Under the pieces are notes generated by a model. The model saw only the letters and a list, made by a program, of their open reading frames with translations. It had not been told where the DNA came from and did not search any database. Positions 8,105-15,843 of a DNA stretch of 20,000 nucleotides are shown here, piece by piece. Positions within the stretch are counted from its first letter, which is position 1, and every line of letters starts with the position of its first letter. The position numbers and the translations under genes were made by a program. Source of the DNA: an uncultured virus (IMG/VR IMGVR_UViG_3300031688_000006) (Duplodnaviria > Heunggongvirae > Uroviricota > Caudoviricetes); the IMG/VR virus record IMGVR_UViG_3300031688_000006. One strand, written 5' to 3'.

Positions 8105-8589
8105 ACAAATATTTAGTCACAGCAATACTATTCGGTGGAATATTCTTTATGAGCGCTATAAGTGCTGATATCGTACACAAATTTAAGAACCCTAGTTTCA
8201 GTGGTCAAGGTACTGCATCTCATTACCTAACTGTTGAGAACCAAGAGTTCACAAGAAAAAAAGAAATCATGGATTCACTTGAAGCTGCAAGAAAGGCTGC
8301 CGAGAGAGCTGAAGACAATACAACCATGGCAAAATTTATTCGTAACCTAGAGAGTAGAATCTATTCTCAGATGGCAAAACAATTAGTCGAATCAATGTTT
8401 TCAAACGATGGTTCAGTAAGATTTGGTTCATTTGTTCTAGAAGGAAATACAGTAACTTATGAGGTTATAACCAATGACGATGGTACAGAGATGATTAGAA
8501 TGACTATTATTGCTGAAGACGGAACGACCTCAGTTATTGAGATACCTGTAGGAACTGGAAACTTTGGCCAAGACCCAGACTTGGGATAA
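8101..8589 (+). CDS. csgF: Curli assembly protein CsgF-like
   Basis: Signal peptide followed by DIVHKFKNPSFSGQG, resembling the CsgF N-terminal FxNPxFGG pore-binding motif; directly upstream of csgG. Confidence 0.8.
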   Translation: MNKYLVTAILFGGIFFMSAISADIVHKFKNPSFSGQGTASHYLTVENQEFTRKKEIMDSLEAARKAAERAEDNTTMAKFIRNLESRIYSQMAKQLVESMFSNDGSVRFGSFVLEGNTVTYEVITNDDGTEMIRMTIIAEDGTTSVIEIPVGTGNFGQDPDLG

Positions 8590-8592
8590 TAG

Positions 8593-9564
8593 ATGATAAC
8601 TAGATTCATATTATCTGCCTTACTTCTCCTGACAGGATGTGCCTCAATACCTCAGTGGAGTGAAGACCCTAAAGATTGTAACTATGAGAATGGTTTCAAC
8701 AAAGATGTATTCACTGGCATAAACAAAGTAATGTCCAGAAAATACATTTGTATTGACCAACCAACTGTTGTTAGATTGCCTTCTCATTTGGCATTATTGA
8801 ATCTTCCTGCTGCTGACCAAAAACCTGTTGTCGCAGTATACAATTTTATAGATAAGACAGGTCAAAGAAAACCAGAGAGTAATCTCGCATCATTCTCTAC
8901 TGCTGTAACTCAAGGTGCAACCGAAATGGTTATTGATGCACTCAAAACGGCAGGTAACGGACAATGGTTTAGAGTTGTTGAGAGAAACGGTATAGACAAC
9001 TTAGTTCGAGAAAGACAGATTATTAGAAGTGCAAGAAAAGATTTCGCCAAGGCAAGTGGCGAAGAGAAGTACCAAGAATTAGCGCCATTACTATTTGCAG
9101 GAATTGTAATAGAAGGTGGCATAATAGGCTATGATTCCAATTTACTAACAGGTGGTCGAGGTGCAAGAACCCTCGGGATTGGTTTTAGTCGACAGTATCG
9201 TCAAGATGCTGTTACAGTTTCTATGAGGGCAGTTAGTGTTCTCACAGGCGAAGTTTTGTTAAATGTCCAAACGAGAAAGACTATCCTTTCTTATGGTTCA
9301 GGTGGAGATGTATTCCGATTCATTGAAGAAGGAACACAACTTATCGAAATTGAGGACGGAGTGGGTAATAATGAGTCCGTGACATACGCAGTACGAACAG
9401 CTATCGAGGCTGCCGTACTGGAATTAATCTACCAAGGACACGATAGGCGTCTTTGGAAAATAAAGGACGGTCATCGACATCCTCATGAGGCTTCAGGTAA
9501 AAATGAGTTACATGAGTTAGAAGATGATTCTACTTTATCAACAGGAGAAGAAGAAAATGAATAA
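8593..9564 (+). CDS. csgG: Curli secretion channel lipoprotein CsgG
   Basis: Lipobox LTGC; motifs VAVYNFIDKTGQRKP, FSTAVTQGA, WFRVVER, EGGIIGYD, GGRGARTLGIG and TGEVL. Confidence 0.93.
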   Translation: MITRFILSALLLLTGCASIPQWSEDPKDCNYENGFNKDVFTGINKVMSRKYICIDQPTVVRLPSHLALLNLPAADQKPVVAVYNFIDKTGQRKPESNLASFSTAVTQGATEMVIDALKTAGNGQWFRVVERNGIDNLVRERQIIRSARKDFAKASGEEKYQELAPLLFAGIVIEGGIIGYDSNLLTGGRGARTLGIGFSRQYRQDAVTVSMRAVSVLTGEVLLNVQTRKTILSYGSGGDVFRFIEEGTQLIEIEDGVGNNESVTYAVRTAIEAAVLELIYQGHDRRLWKIKDGHRHPHEASGKNELHELEDDSTLSTGEEENE

Positions 9565-10291
9565 AATTTTAAGTATTTTATTGCTAATGTCGACACCATT
9601 CGTTTTTGCCGCTGCTACTGATGATAACGAAGTTATGGTAACCCAAGTTGGAGACACATTGAAATTATATGTAGACCAAATTGGTTTTGGTAACAAAATG
9701 GGACTGAATAACTTCAGTTCTGGTTCCGGTGCAAATATGACCGTAACTGGTGTTTCCATGGAATTCGATATCGACATGATAGGTAACCAAAACTTACTGT
9801 TTGGTCCGGTCATTGCTGATTCATCAAAGTACCGTGTATTAATGACAGGTTCAAGTAACTCTATCGATTGGAACATTGGTGCCACCGGTTCAGCTGACGA
9901 CTCAGACATTAATTTCAACATGACTGGAAGTTCAAATACATATGATTTGGACCAAGGAAAGGTTGCAACCGCAGAGAGACTCAATGCAGATTTAGTCCTT
10001 ATCGGAAGTAGTAATGTTTGGGATATAGATTGGGAGGCAAACGATTTAACATGGAACTTTGATGTTACTGGTGCTTCTAATAATATCAATACATTGCAGA
10101 AAGATGGTGCTCATACAATTAATTTTGACCACACTGGCGACAGTGCTGACGTTGACATAATCCAGGTATCTGGTACATGTGTCTCAGGCGGCGGAGGGTG
10201 TGCAACACCTAATTCAAACATTAATTTGAACATCACCAGCGATAATGCAGTTATTCAAATCAGTCAGAAAGATTCAGCCGGCGACTCGTAG
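9557..10291 (+). CDS. Secreted curlin-like beta-repeat protein 1
   Basis: AGGAG SD and Sec signal peptide. Repeated (Q/hydrophobic)-x-G-x-x-N units (DQIGFGN, MIGNQN, MTGSSN twice, LIGSSN, VTGASN); N/D/G/S-rich; C-terminal Cys pair. Confidence 0.7.
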   Translation: MNKILSILLLMSTPFVFAAATDDNEVMVTQVGDTLKLYVDQIGFGNKMGLNNFSSGSGANMTVTGVSMEFDIDMIGNQNLLFGPVIADSSKYRVLMTGSSNSIDWNIGATGSADDSDINFNMTGSSNTYDLDQGKVATAERLNADLVLIGSSNVWDIDWEANDLTWNFDVTGASNNINTLQKDGAHTINFDHTGDSADVDIIQVSGTCVSGGGGCATPNSNINLNITSDNAVIQISQKDSAGDS

Positions 10292-11411
10292 AGTTCTCGG
10301 TTTTTCTTTACTGTTCACTTGTGGGTTCAGTCTTGCGGCTGAGCCCATTGGTGACGTGATTGAGGCGAAAGGTGTAACATCGATTACACGAAATGACACA
10401 CGATTAAAAACAGATGTCGGTTCAGACATCAACATGTATGATGAAGCAGAAACGGCCAATGGTCGTTTACTTATCAAATTTCTAGACGAAGAAGAACTTA
10501 GTCTAACAGAAAATTCCCTCGTATACATAGACGAGGCATACTATGACCCAGACCCAAGTAAATCAAAAATGGCTATCAGAATGGCCAGAGGTACAGCTCG
10601 TTTTGCTTCCGGTGCTGGTAAAAGAATTTCAAAATCAAACATAGATGTATCAACACCTACAGCTAACATAACAATGAGAGGGACAGATTTCACGACCACC
10701 ATTGATGAGTTAGGAAGGACAATGGTAATCTTACTTCCAGATGAAGAGACAGGTGCATCATCTGGTGAAATAGTAGTATATAATGACGGTGGTGAGATTG
10801 TACTAACAGAGGCATATCAAGCCACGACAGTCGCATCATTTGATACTGCACCAACTACAGCGGTTACAGTTTTAGGCATTACACCTAACTTAATCGACAA
10901 TATGTTTATTGTCAATCCTCCAACGGAGATTAGACAGGCGATGGAAGAATCATATCAAGATGACTTAGATTCAGACCAAGGATTACTAGATGTTGATTTC
11001 TTAGAATTCAACGAACTAGAGGCTGACGCCTTGGCAGACACCACAGAGGCTGATTTCTCTGAGCTGGACATCGATTTCCTTGATGTTGATTTTTTAACCG
11101 ACTTACTTGACGTTATTGAAGAACTAGAAAAGACCACAGTGTCCTTATCCCGAAAAGGGGGTAAAGGCGGAGGAAACGAAGTTGCAGGTTTCAGACTTGT
11201 AGGTGTTTCAGGTGGTTTTAACAAAGACTCGCAGTTTAATGTATTTGAAAAAGACGGCGACTTGGTTCTTTTTAGAAGTGTTAATGGAGTTATAAATATC
11301 CAGATAGCAGCCGGTGGTGCTGGTTTCGCTGATATCGTAGTTGATGGATACACAGGTATTATCAATTTCGGAGAAGGCGATGGCATTGAGATTGTTATCA
11401 GGCAGAACTAG
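10245..11411 (+). CDS. Exported FecR-domain protein with an acidic repeat tract
   Basis: Signal-like N-terminus; FecR-type IG.V...G.V, L.L.ENS and VSTPTANITMRGTDF motifs. The exact start is uncertain (47-nt overlap). Confidence 0.8.
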   Translation: MQLFKSVRKIQPATRRVLGFSLLFTCGFSLAAEPIGDVIEAKGVTSITRNDTRLKTDVGSDINMYDEAETANGRLLIKFLDEEELSLTENSLVYIDEAYYDPDPSKSKMAIRMARGTARFASGAGKRISKSNIDVSTPTANITMRGTDFTTTIDELGRTMVILLPDEETGASSGEIVVYNDGGEIVLTEAYQATTVASFDTAPTTAVTVLGITPNLIDNMFIVNPPTEIRQAMEESYQDDLDSDQGLLDVDFLEFNELEADALADTTEADFSELDIDFLDVDFLTDLLDVIEELEKTTVSLSRKGGKGGGNEVAGFRLVGVSGGFNKDSQFNVFEKDGDLVLFRSVNGVINIQIAAGGAGFADIVVDGYTGIINFGEGDGIEIVIRQN

Positions 11412-11419
11412 GAAAACTT

Positions 11420-11575
11420 ATGAATATTAATATTGACTTTAAAAAGATGAGACAGTGGCACGAAAATTTGACATGGGAAGTAGCAGACTATTTTGGTTGG
11501 GACGAATACCAAATGTTGTGGGTTGCTTGGTCTGAAGGATTATTATTGGGCTTACTACTCTTATGGATAATCTAG
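11420..11575 (+). CDS. Small Trp-rich membrane protein, 51 aa
   Basis: MNINIDFKKMRQWHENLTWEVADYFGWDEYQMLWVAWSEGLLLGLLLLWII; fills the gap, with its stop 1 nt before the next ATG. Not in the ORF track. Confidence 0.65.
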   Translation: MNINIDFKKMRQWHENLTWEVADYFGWDEYQMLWVAWSEGLLLGLLLLWII

Positions 11576-11576
11576 A

Positions 11577-12383
11577 ATGAAAAAGATTTTATCATTATTA
11601 ATTATGTTACCCTTGTTAGTTGTCGCAGACGATGACAACAAGGTTGATGTGAACACAACAGGAAGTCAGTCCAATGACAATCTTGGTATCAATATAACTC
11701 AAATAGGTTACGACAACGACACTATCTTTTCACTAGGTGGTGCATCAAATTCAATACTAATCAAGCAAGTGGGAAACAAGAATAGAATTTCTTGGGTACC
11801 TACTTGGGGTTCACAACAAACTGGTGGCGGAGACTTGAATGGTGATTCTAATAACATTCACTTTGAACAAAATTGCACTAGGGGTTCTTCTTGTGCAGAA
11901 TCAAATATAGATTTTCATATTAAAGGTGACAGTAATTCCGTCCGTTGGGGTCAAGGTCTGACTTTAAGTGGGTCAACCGATACTACATTTTCAAGTGACG
12001 GTGATGAAGGTGGTAACTATCAACTTACTCTAGATATCCACGGTAATAATAATGCATTAGCAGGGTATCAACGAAATGGTAGTCAAAATCTATATTCAGC
12101 TCATGATGCTACAATATACCTGTATGCAGACAATAATTCATTTTATGTAATCCAAGAAACAGATGGACAGAAAAACCTCACATTGAAATCATATACTGAT
12201 GGTAATACAGGTTCTATAGTACAAGATGGACAAGGCGCTCATAACGCAAACATAACCCTAACAGGAACACAATCAACTAACCTAAATGTAACTCAAACAG
12301 GTAATAGTACACAAAACTACACACTAACTCAAAGTTGTTATACAGTTGGTGGGTGTGCAGTAAACATAACACAAGGCAATTAG
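11577..12383 (+). CDS. Secreted curlin-like beta-repeat protein 2
   Basis: Sec signal peptide; Q-x-G-x-x-N repeats (TQIGYDN, KQVGNKN, IKGDSN, IHGNNN, VQDGQGAHN); G/N/Q/T/S-rich; two Cys pairs. Confidence 0.75.
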   Translation: MKKILSLLIMLPLLVVADDDNKVDVNTTGSQSNDNLGINITQIGYDNDTIFSLGGASNSILIKQVGNKNRISWVPTWGSQQTGGGDLNGDSNNIHFEQNCTRGSSCAESNIDFHIKGDSNSVRWGQGLTLSGSTDTTFSSDGDEGGNYQLTLDIHGNNNALAGYQRNGSQNLYSAHDATIYLYADNNSFYVIQETDGQKNLTLKSYTDGNTGSIVQDGQGAHNANITLTGTQSTNLNVTQTGNSTQNYTLTQSCYTVGGCAVNITQGN

Positions 12384-12384
12384 A

Positions 12385-12540
12385 ATGAATGAACGAGTTA
12401 TAAAAGAAGTCAACGAGTATCGTAAAAAGAAGAAACAACAACAATGGTCTCAAGCCTGGAATGTTATCCTCGCCACATCTCTACTATTAATATGTCTTTA
12501 CATATTTTTCTTTGCGTGGCCAACAGTTGAACAAGTTTAG
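12385..12540 (+). CDS. Small membrane protein, 51 aa, with a basic N-terminus and a C-terminal TM helix
   Basis: MNERVIKEVNEYRKKKKQQQWSQAWNVILATSLLLICLYIFFFAWPTVEQV; starts 1 nt after the previous stop. Not in the ORF track. Confidence 0.65.
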   Translation: MNERVIKEVNEYRKKKKQQQWSQAWNVILATSLLLICLYIFFFAWPTVEQV

Positions 12541-12587
12541 AAAATACAGATTAGTCGAGTGGAAAAAGGGTAATCTGGTAGACATCT

Positions 12588-14429
12588 ATGTATAATTGGA
12601 AAACAGTTTTAATAACCATCATCGCCCTAGTGGGCATAAAGATATGGTCGCCTTATCTAATAGACAATATTAGATGGTCCTACTTCGATGTTCTACACCA
12701 ACAAAAAGAAAAAGTGATAGTGGACAACATTCTACTGGTCAACATCGATGAGAAGGCAATAGAGAAGTATGGTCAGTATCCTTTCCCTAGAGATATATAC
12801 GCAGACACATTATGGGAAACTCATTTCTCAAACACTCATGTATTCAATATACTATTTGCAGAACCAGATAGACTAGGCGGAGATGATGTCTTTGCAGAGG
12901 CATTAGAAAACAGACTAACGATATTATCCTCAGCACCCACAATACAAAAAGAATCTGGTAATGCACCATTCGTAAACACCTCAGTATTTGGTGATGGTGA
13001 TATACAAGACCATGTGTGGAACTTTCCAGGTTTAGTATCGCCAATTCCAAAACTACAAAACAGTACATGGGGTATGGGGGTCACTGTTGCCACACCACCT
13101 GTGGCGAATACACCTAATTTTGACGGAACAAACAGAGCGGTTCCGCTGATAATCCAGGCGAATGGTCAATTATATCCAAGTTTAGGATTCGAAGTTCTCA
13201 GAGCATACTATGACCAACCCAATTATCAAACTAGGGTAACTGCTGATGCAGGTATCGAGTGGGTTAAAATGGGCAGAGATAAACCAATAGAGACCACATC
13301 AAGCGCTGACTTGATGATATCGTATTGGAACGAATTCGAGTCTATCTCATTCGCAGACTTAAGAGAATCTAATTTAGAGAATAAGATTCTAGTCTATGGA
13401 TTAACCGCTGAGGGGTTATCTATTCCAGTTTCAACCCCAATGGGTGTAATGTATCCCCACGAAGTTCAAGCACACCTAATCCAAACCGTTTCGTCAGGAG
13501 TTCAAATACATGTATCCGACTATCTTGAATTCGTAGAAACCGTTCTTCTTCTGATAGTCCTTCTAGGAATACTGGTATCGGTCTACAGACTTCCCACAGC
13601 CTATTCGGCGATAGTTTCAGTAGGTTTCGTAGTACTTCAGGTGGGTGGGAGTTATTATATGTGGTCTTACAATCTCGTTCTTTTCGATATTTTCTGGTCA
13701 TCGTTAAGCTCCGTTGTGGTTTTTGGTCATGCGTCCTTCAACAAATACTATGTAACTTTCCAAGAAAAGCAACAAATAAAGAAGCAGTTCCAAAAGTATT
13801 TATCTCCTGACATGATTGAGGAACTACAAAAAGACCCCTCTAAACTAAGATTAGGCGGAGATAGAAAAGAGATGACCTTCATGTTTATGGACATAATCGG
13901 ATTCACTCCCATAAGCGAACACTACATGCAACAAGACAATCCTGAAGGTCTAGTCGAACTCATCAACAAGTTTCTGGACATGCAAACTAAGATAATTCTA
14001 AATAATAGTGGTACCATAGATAAGTATATGGGCGACTGCATCATGAGTTTCTGGAATGCTCCGTTAGAGTGTCCTAATCATGCCGATATGGCAGTAAAAT
14101 CAGCGTTAGAAGTATTAAATGCAACCAAGGAACTAAATGAAGAACTTAAACCACTTAATCTGCCTCCTATTAATATCGGTATCGGGATTAGTACAGGCGA
14201 ATGTATTGTCGGAAACATGGGCTCAGAATTACGATTTGACTATTCCGTCATTGGCGATGCCGTCAACCTTGGCGCTAGACTCGAAGGCCAAACAAGAAAT
14301 TATGATGGGGTGGACTTGTTGTTATCAGAAAGAACTTATAGCCAATGTCCAGACAGAGCATTCACTAAAGTTGATAGAATTAAAGTTAAGGGAAAAGAAG
14401 AACTCGTCACAATATACACTCCAATCTGA
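12588..14429 (+). CDS. Membrane-bound CHASE2-domain class III adenylate/guanylate cyclase
   Basis: N-terminal TM; CHASE2 motifs (LVNIDEKAIEKYGQYPFPR, ILFAEPDR, STPMGVMYPHEVQA); three TMs; cyclase motifs FMDIIGFT, DKYMGD, FWNAP and GNMGSELRFDYSVIGDAVNLGARLE. Confidence 0.93.
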   Translation: MYNWKTVLITIIALVGIKIWSPYLIDNIRWSYFDVLHQQKEKVIVDNILLVNIDEKAIEKYGQYPFPRDIYADTLWETHFSNTHVFNILFAEPDRLGGDDVFAEALENRLTILSSAPTIQKESGNAPFVNTSVFGDGDIQDHVWNFPGLVSPIPKLQNSTWGMGVTVATPPVANTPNFDGTNRAVPLIIQANGQLYPSLGFEVLRAYYDQPNYQTRVTADAGIEWVKMGRDKPIETTSSADLMISYWNEFESISFADLRESNLENKILVYGLTAEGLSIPVSTPMGVMYPHEVQAHLIQTVSSGVQIHVSDYLEFVETVLLLIVLLGILVSVYRLPTAYSAIVSVGFVVLQVGGSYYMWSYNLVLFDIFWSSLSSVVVFGHASFNKYYVTFQEKQQIKKQFQKYLSPDMIEELQKDPSKLRLGGDRKEMTFMFMDIIGFTPISEHYMQQDNPEGLVELINKFLDMQTKIILNNSGTIDKYMGDCIMSFWNAPLECPNHADMAVKSALEVLNATKELNEELKPLNLPPINIGIGISTGECIVGNMGSELRFDYSVIGDAVNLGARLEGQTRNYDGVDLLLSERTYSQCPDRAFTKVDRIKVKGKEELVTIYTPI

Positions 14430-14712
14430 TACTGATAAAAAGGACTGGTTTTGGTTTTACTTCGTTCAAGCACTAGATATACATTCTACTGTAGAAGGTC
14501 TAAAGTACAGTTGCATTCAAGAATCAAATCCATTTTTACCACCTGTTCCACATAGAGACCATCTCATATTACATAAGGCACTCTTAATGTTTACAATCTT
14601 CCGTCAAGACTATTGGAAAATAGAAGAGATTAACGCATTGACCATATTCACTGGTGCAGTTGTTATAACGAATCAACAACTCGCTAATAAGGCAACTTGT
14701 CCTTTAAGATAA
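14137..14712 (+). CDS. Putative exported/membrane protein whose first ~97 codons overlap the cyclase in the +1 frame
   Basis: AAGGA SD 5 nt before the ATG and a signal-peptide-like N-terminus. The non-overlapping half has LD..ST...L....E.NP (DUF5658-like) and hydrophobic helices. Confidence 0.6.
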   Translation: MKNLNHLICLLLISVSGLVQANVLSETWAQNYDLTIPSLAMPSTLALDSKAKQEIMMGWTCCYQKELIANVQTEHSLKLIELKLREKKNSSQYTLQSDTDKKDWFWFYFVQALDIHSTVEGLKYSCIQESNPFLPPVPHRDHLILHKALLMFTIFRQDYWKIEEINALTIFTGAVVITNQQLANKATCPLR

Positions 14713-14719
14713 AACCACC

Positions 14720-14748
14720 TATACATAACATGAGTGATGTTGTATAAT
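14720..14748 (+). promoter_or_regulatory. Sigma70-type promoter
   Basis: TATACA-17 nt-TATAAT, preceded by AAAACCACC. Confidence 0.6.
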
Positions 14749-14768
14749 TGTTACAACAGGAGTAAATC

Positions 14769-14990
14769 ATGCCAATCAAATTCGGACCAACAATAGTTAC
14801 TAAAGACAGAAATACTGGAAAGGTAACCACAAGAACAAATTACATCAAAAACTTATCAGTTGATGAACTCATCAAAGCTTATAACAAACCAGTCATACCT
14901 AAACTTCGTCAGAAAGTTAAGAATGAAATTGTTAGAAGAAATAAAGAGAAGATGATAATTGAATTCGGACCGAAAACCGCAGAGGTTTAA
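14769..14990 (+). CDS. Small basic hypothetical protein, 73 aa
   Basis: AGGAG SD and its own promoter. Confidence 0.8.
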   Translation: MPIKFGPTIVTKDRNTGKVTTRTNYIKNLSVDELIKAYNKPVIPKLRQKVKNEIVRRNKEKMIIEFGPKTAEV

Positions 14991-15095
14991 AAAACACTAA
15001 ATAATTGTGTGACAATTATGTGACAAAAGAGTGAGTAGATGGCAACATCGAAGACCAAGTTCACGGATAGTTACGCAACATAACAGGAGATAACA

Positions 15096-15206
15096 ATGCA
15101 ATATTACGCATCATTATCTGCCGAGTATCTAACAACCTTCGCAGATAAATTCGACAGCATGATGAAGTCAGGCACATTACTGAATATTCTTTTAGAACAT
15201 AAGTAA
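15096..15206 (+). CDS. Small protein, 36 aa (MQYYASLSAEYLTTFADKFDSMMKSGTLLNILLEHK)
   Basis: AGGAG SD at 15085-15089 with good spacing. Not in the ORF track. Confidence 0.65.
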   Translation: MQYYASLSAEYLTTFADKFDSMMKSGTLLNILLEHK

Positions 15207-15224
15207 TAAAACTGGTAACATCTG

Positions 15225-15232
15225 TATAAATA
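15225..15232 (+). promoter_or_regulatory. T4 late promoter upstream of hsp20
   Basis: Exact intergenic TATAAATA. Confidence 0.7.
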
Positions 15233-15237
15233 AAAGT

Positions 15238-15345
15238 GTAGAAGTGTTTCATTAACTGTACATTGTACAACATAAGAAACACTTTCACGCCTAATGCCCA
15301 ATTGGGGTTAGGACTATAACTTGCTTAATAAAGGAGAAAACTATG
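15238..15345 (+). promoter_or_regulatory. Structured hsp20 5' UTR, ROSE-like RNA thermometer
   Basis: Three hairpins; the last is CUUGCUU-aaua-AAGGAG, pairing UUGCU with the SD around a bulged G. Confidence 0.6.
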
Positions 15346-15792
15346 ACAAGCATAAACACCAGCAATATTGGTCAATTCAGACCATTTTCAATCGGATTTG
15401 AAAGACTCTTCGATGATATCGAGAGAATCTCAAATAATCCACAATCCAACTATCCACCTTACAATGTGATTAAGTCTTCAAAAGACGAATTTCTCATTGA
15501 ACTTGCAGTTGCAGGTTTCGATAAGAGTGAACTCTCTATTGAGTTTAAAGATTCCATTCTCAAAGTAGAAGGGAAGAAAGAAACCAGATACGAGAGAAAG
15601 AACATAGTTGAAGGTAATGACTTTCCGTCATTCACACATAAAGGAATCTCAGAGGCAAACTTCATGAAAAGTTGGACTCTTGGCGACTACTTTAAAGTGA
15701 AGACTGGAGAAGTTGTAAACGGCATTCTTATAATCTCAGTTCAAAGAGAGATTCCAGAAGAAGAGAAACCTCTAGAAATTAAGATTAAATAA
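15343..15792 (+). CDS. hsp20: Small heat shock protein (Hsp20, IbpA-like)
   Basis: IGFERLF, NYPPYNV, IELAVAGF, HKGIS, NGILII and IPEEEKP..I.I motifs. Confidence 0.95.
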   Translation: MTSINTSNIGQFRPFSIGFERLFDDIERISNNPQSNYPPYNVIKSSKDEFLIELAVAGFDKSELSIEFKDSILKVEGKKETRYERKNIVEGNDFPSFTHKGISEANFMKSWTLGDYFKVKTGEVVNGILIISVQREIPEEEKPLEIKIK

Positions 15793-15806
15793 TTTCGAAA
15801 ACCCCC

Positions 15807-15835
15807 TTGCAAATTGGGCACTGATTTAGTATAAT
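15807..15835 (+). promoter_or_regulatory. Sigma70-type promoter for the tRNA and ahpC
   Basis: TTGCAA-17 nt-TATAAT, preceded by AAAACCCCC. Confidence 0.75.
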
Positions 15836-15843
15836 AAATGAGT

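Noticed and set aside
9538..11386. Long minus-strand ORFs (9538-10089, 10274-10528, 10955-11386) and the other minus-strand ORFs in the track
   Set aside because: They are antisense shadows of well-supported + strand genes with biased codon use, and show no SD or recognisable motifs.
7539..14712. Curli/cyclase block as bacterial contamination or a chimeric join
   Set aside because: It has a T4 late promoter, the same strand and gene packing, the same GATC avoidance and phage genes on both sides.
15061..15301. Two minus-strand ORFs in the hsp20 upstream region
   Set aside because: The region is better explained by the + strand 36-aa ORF, the late promoter and the hsp20 leader.
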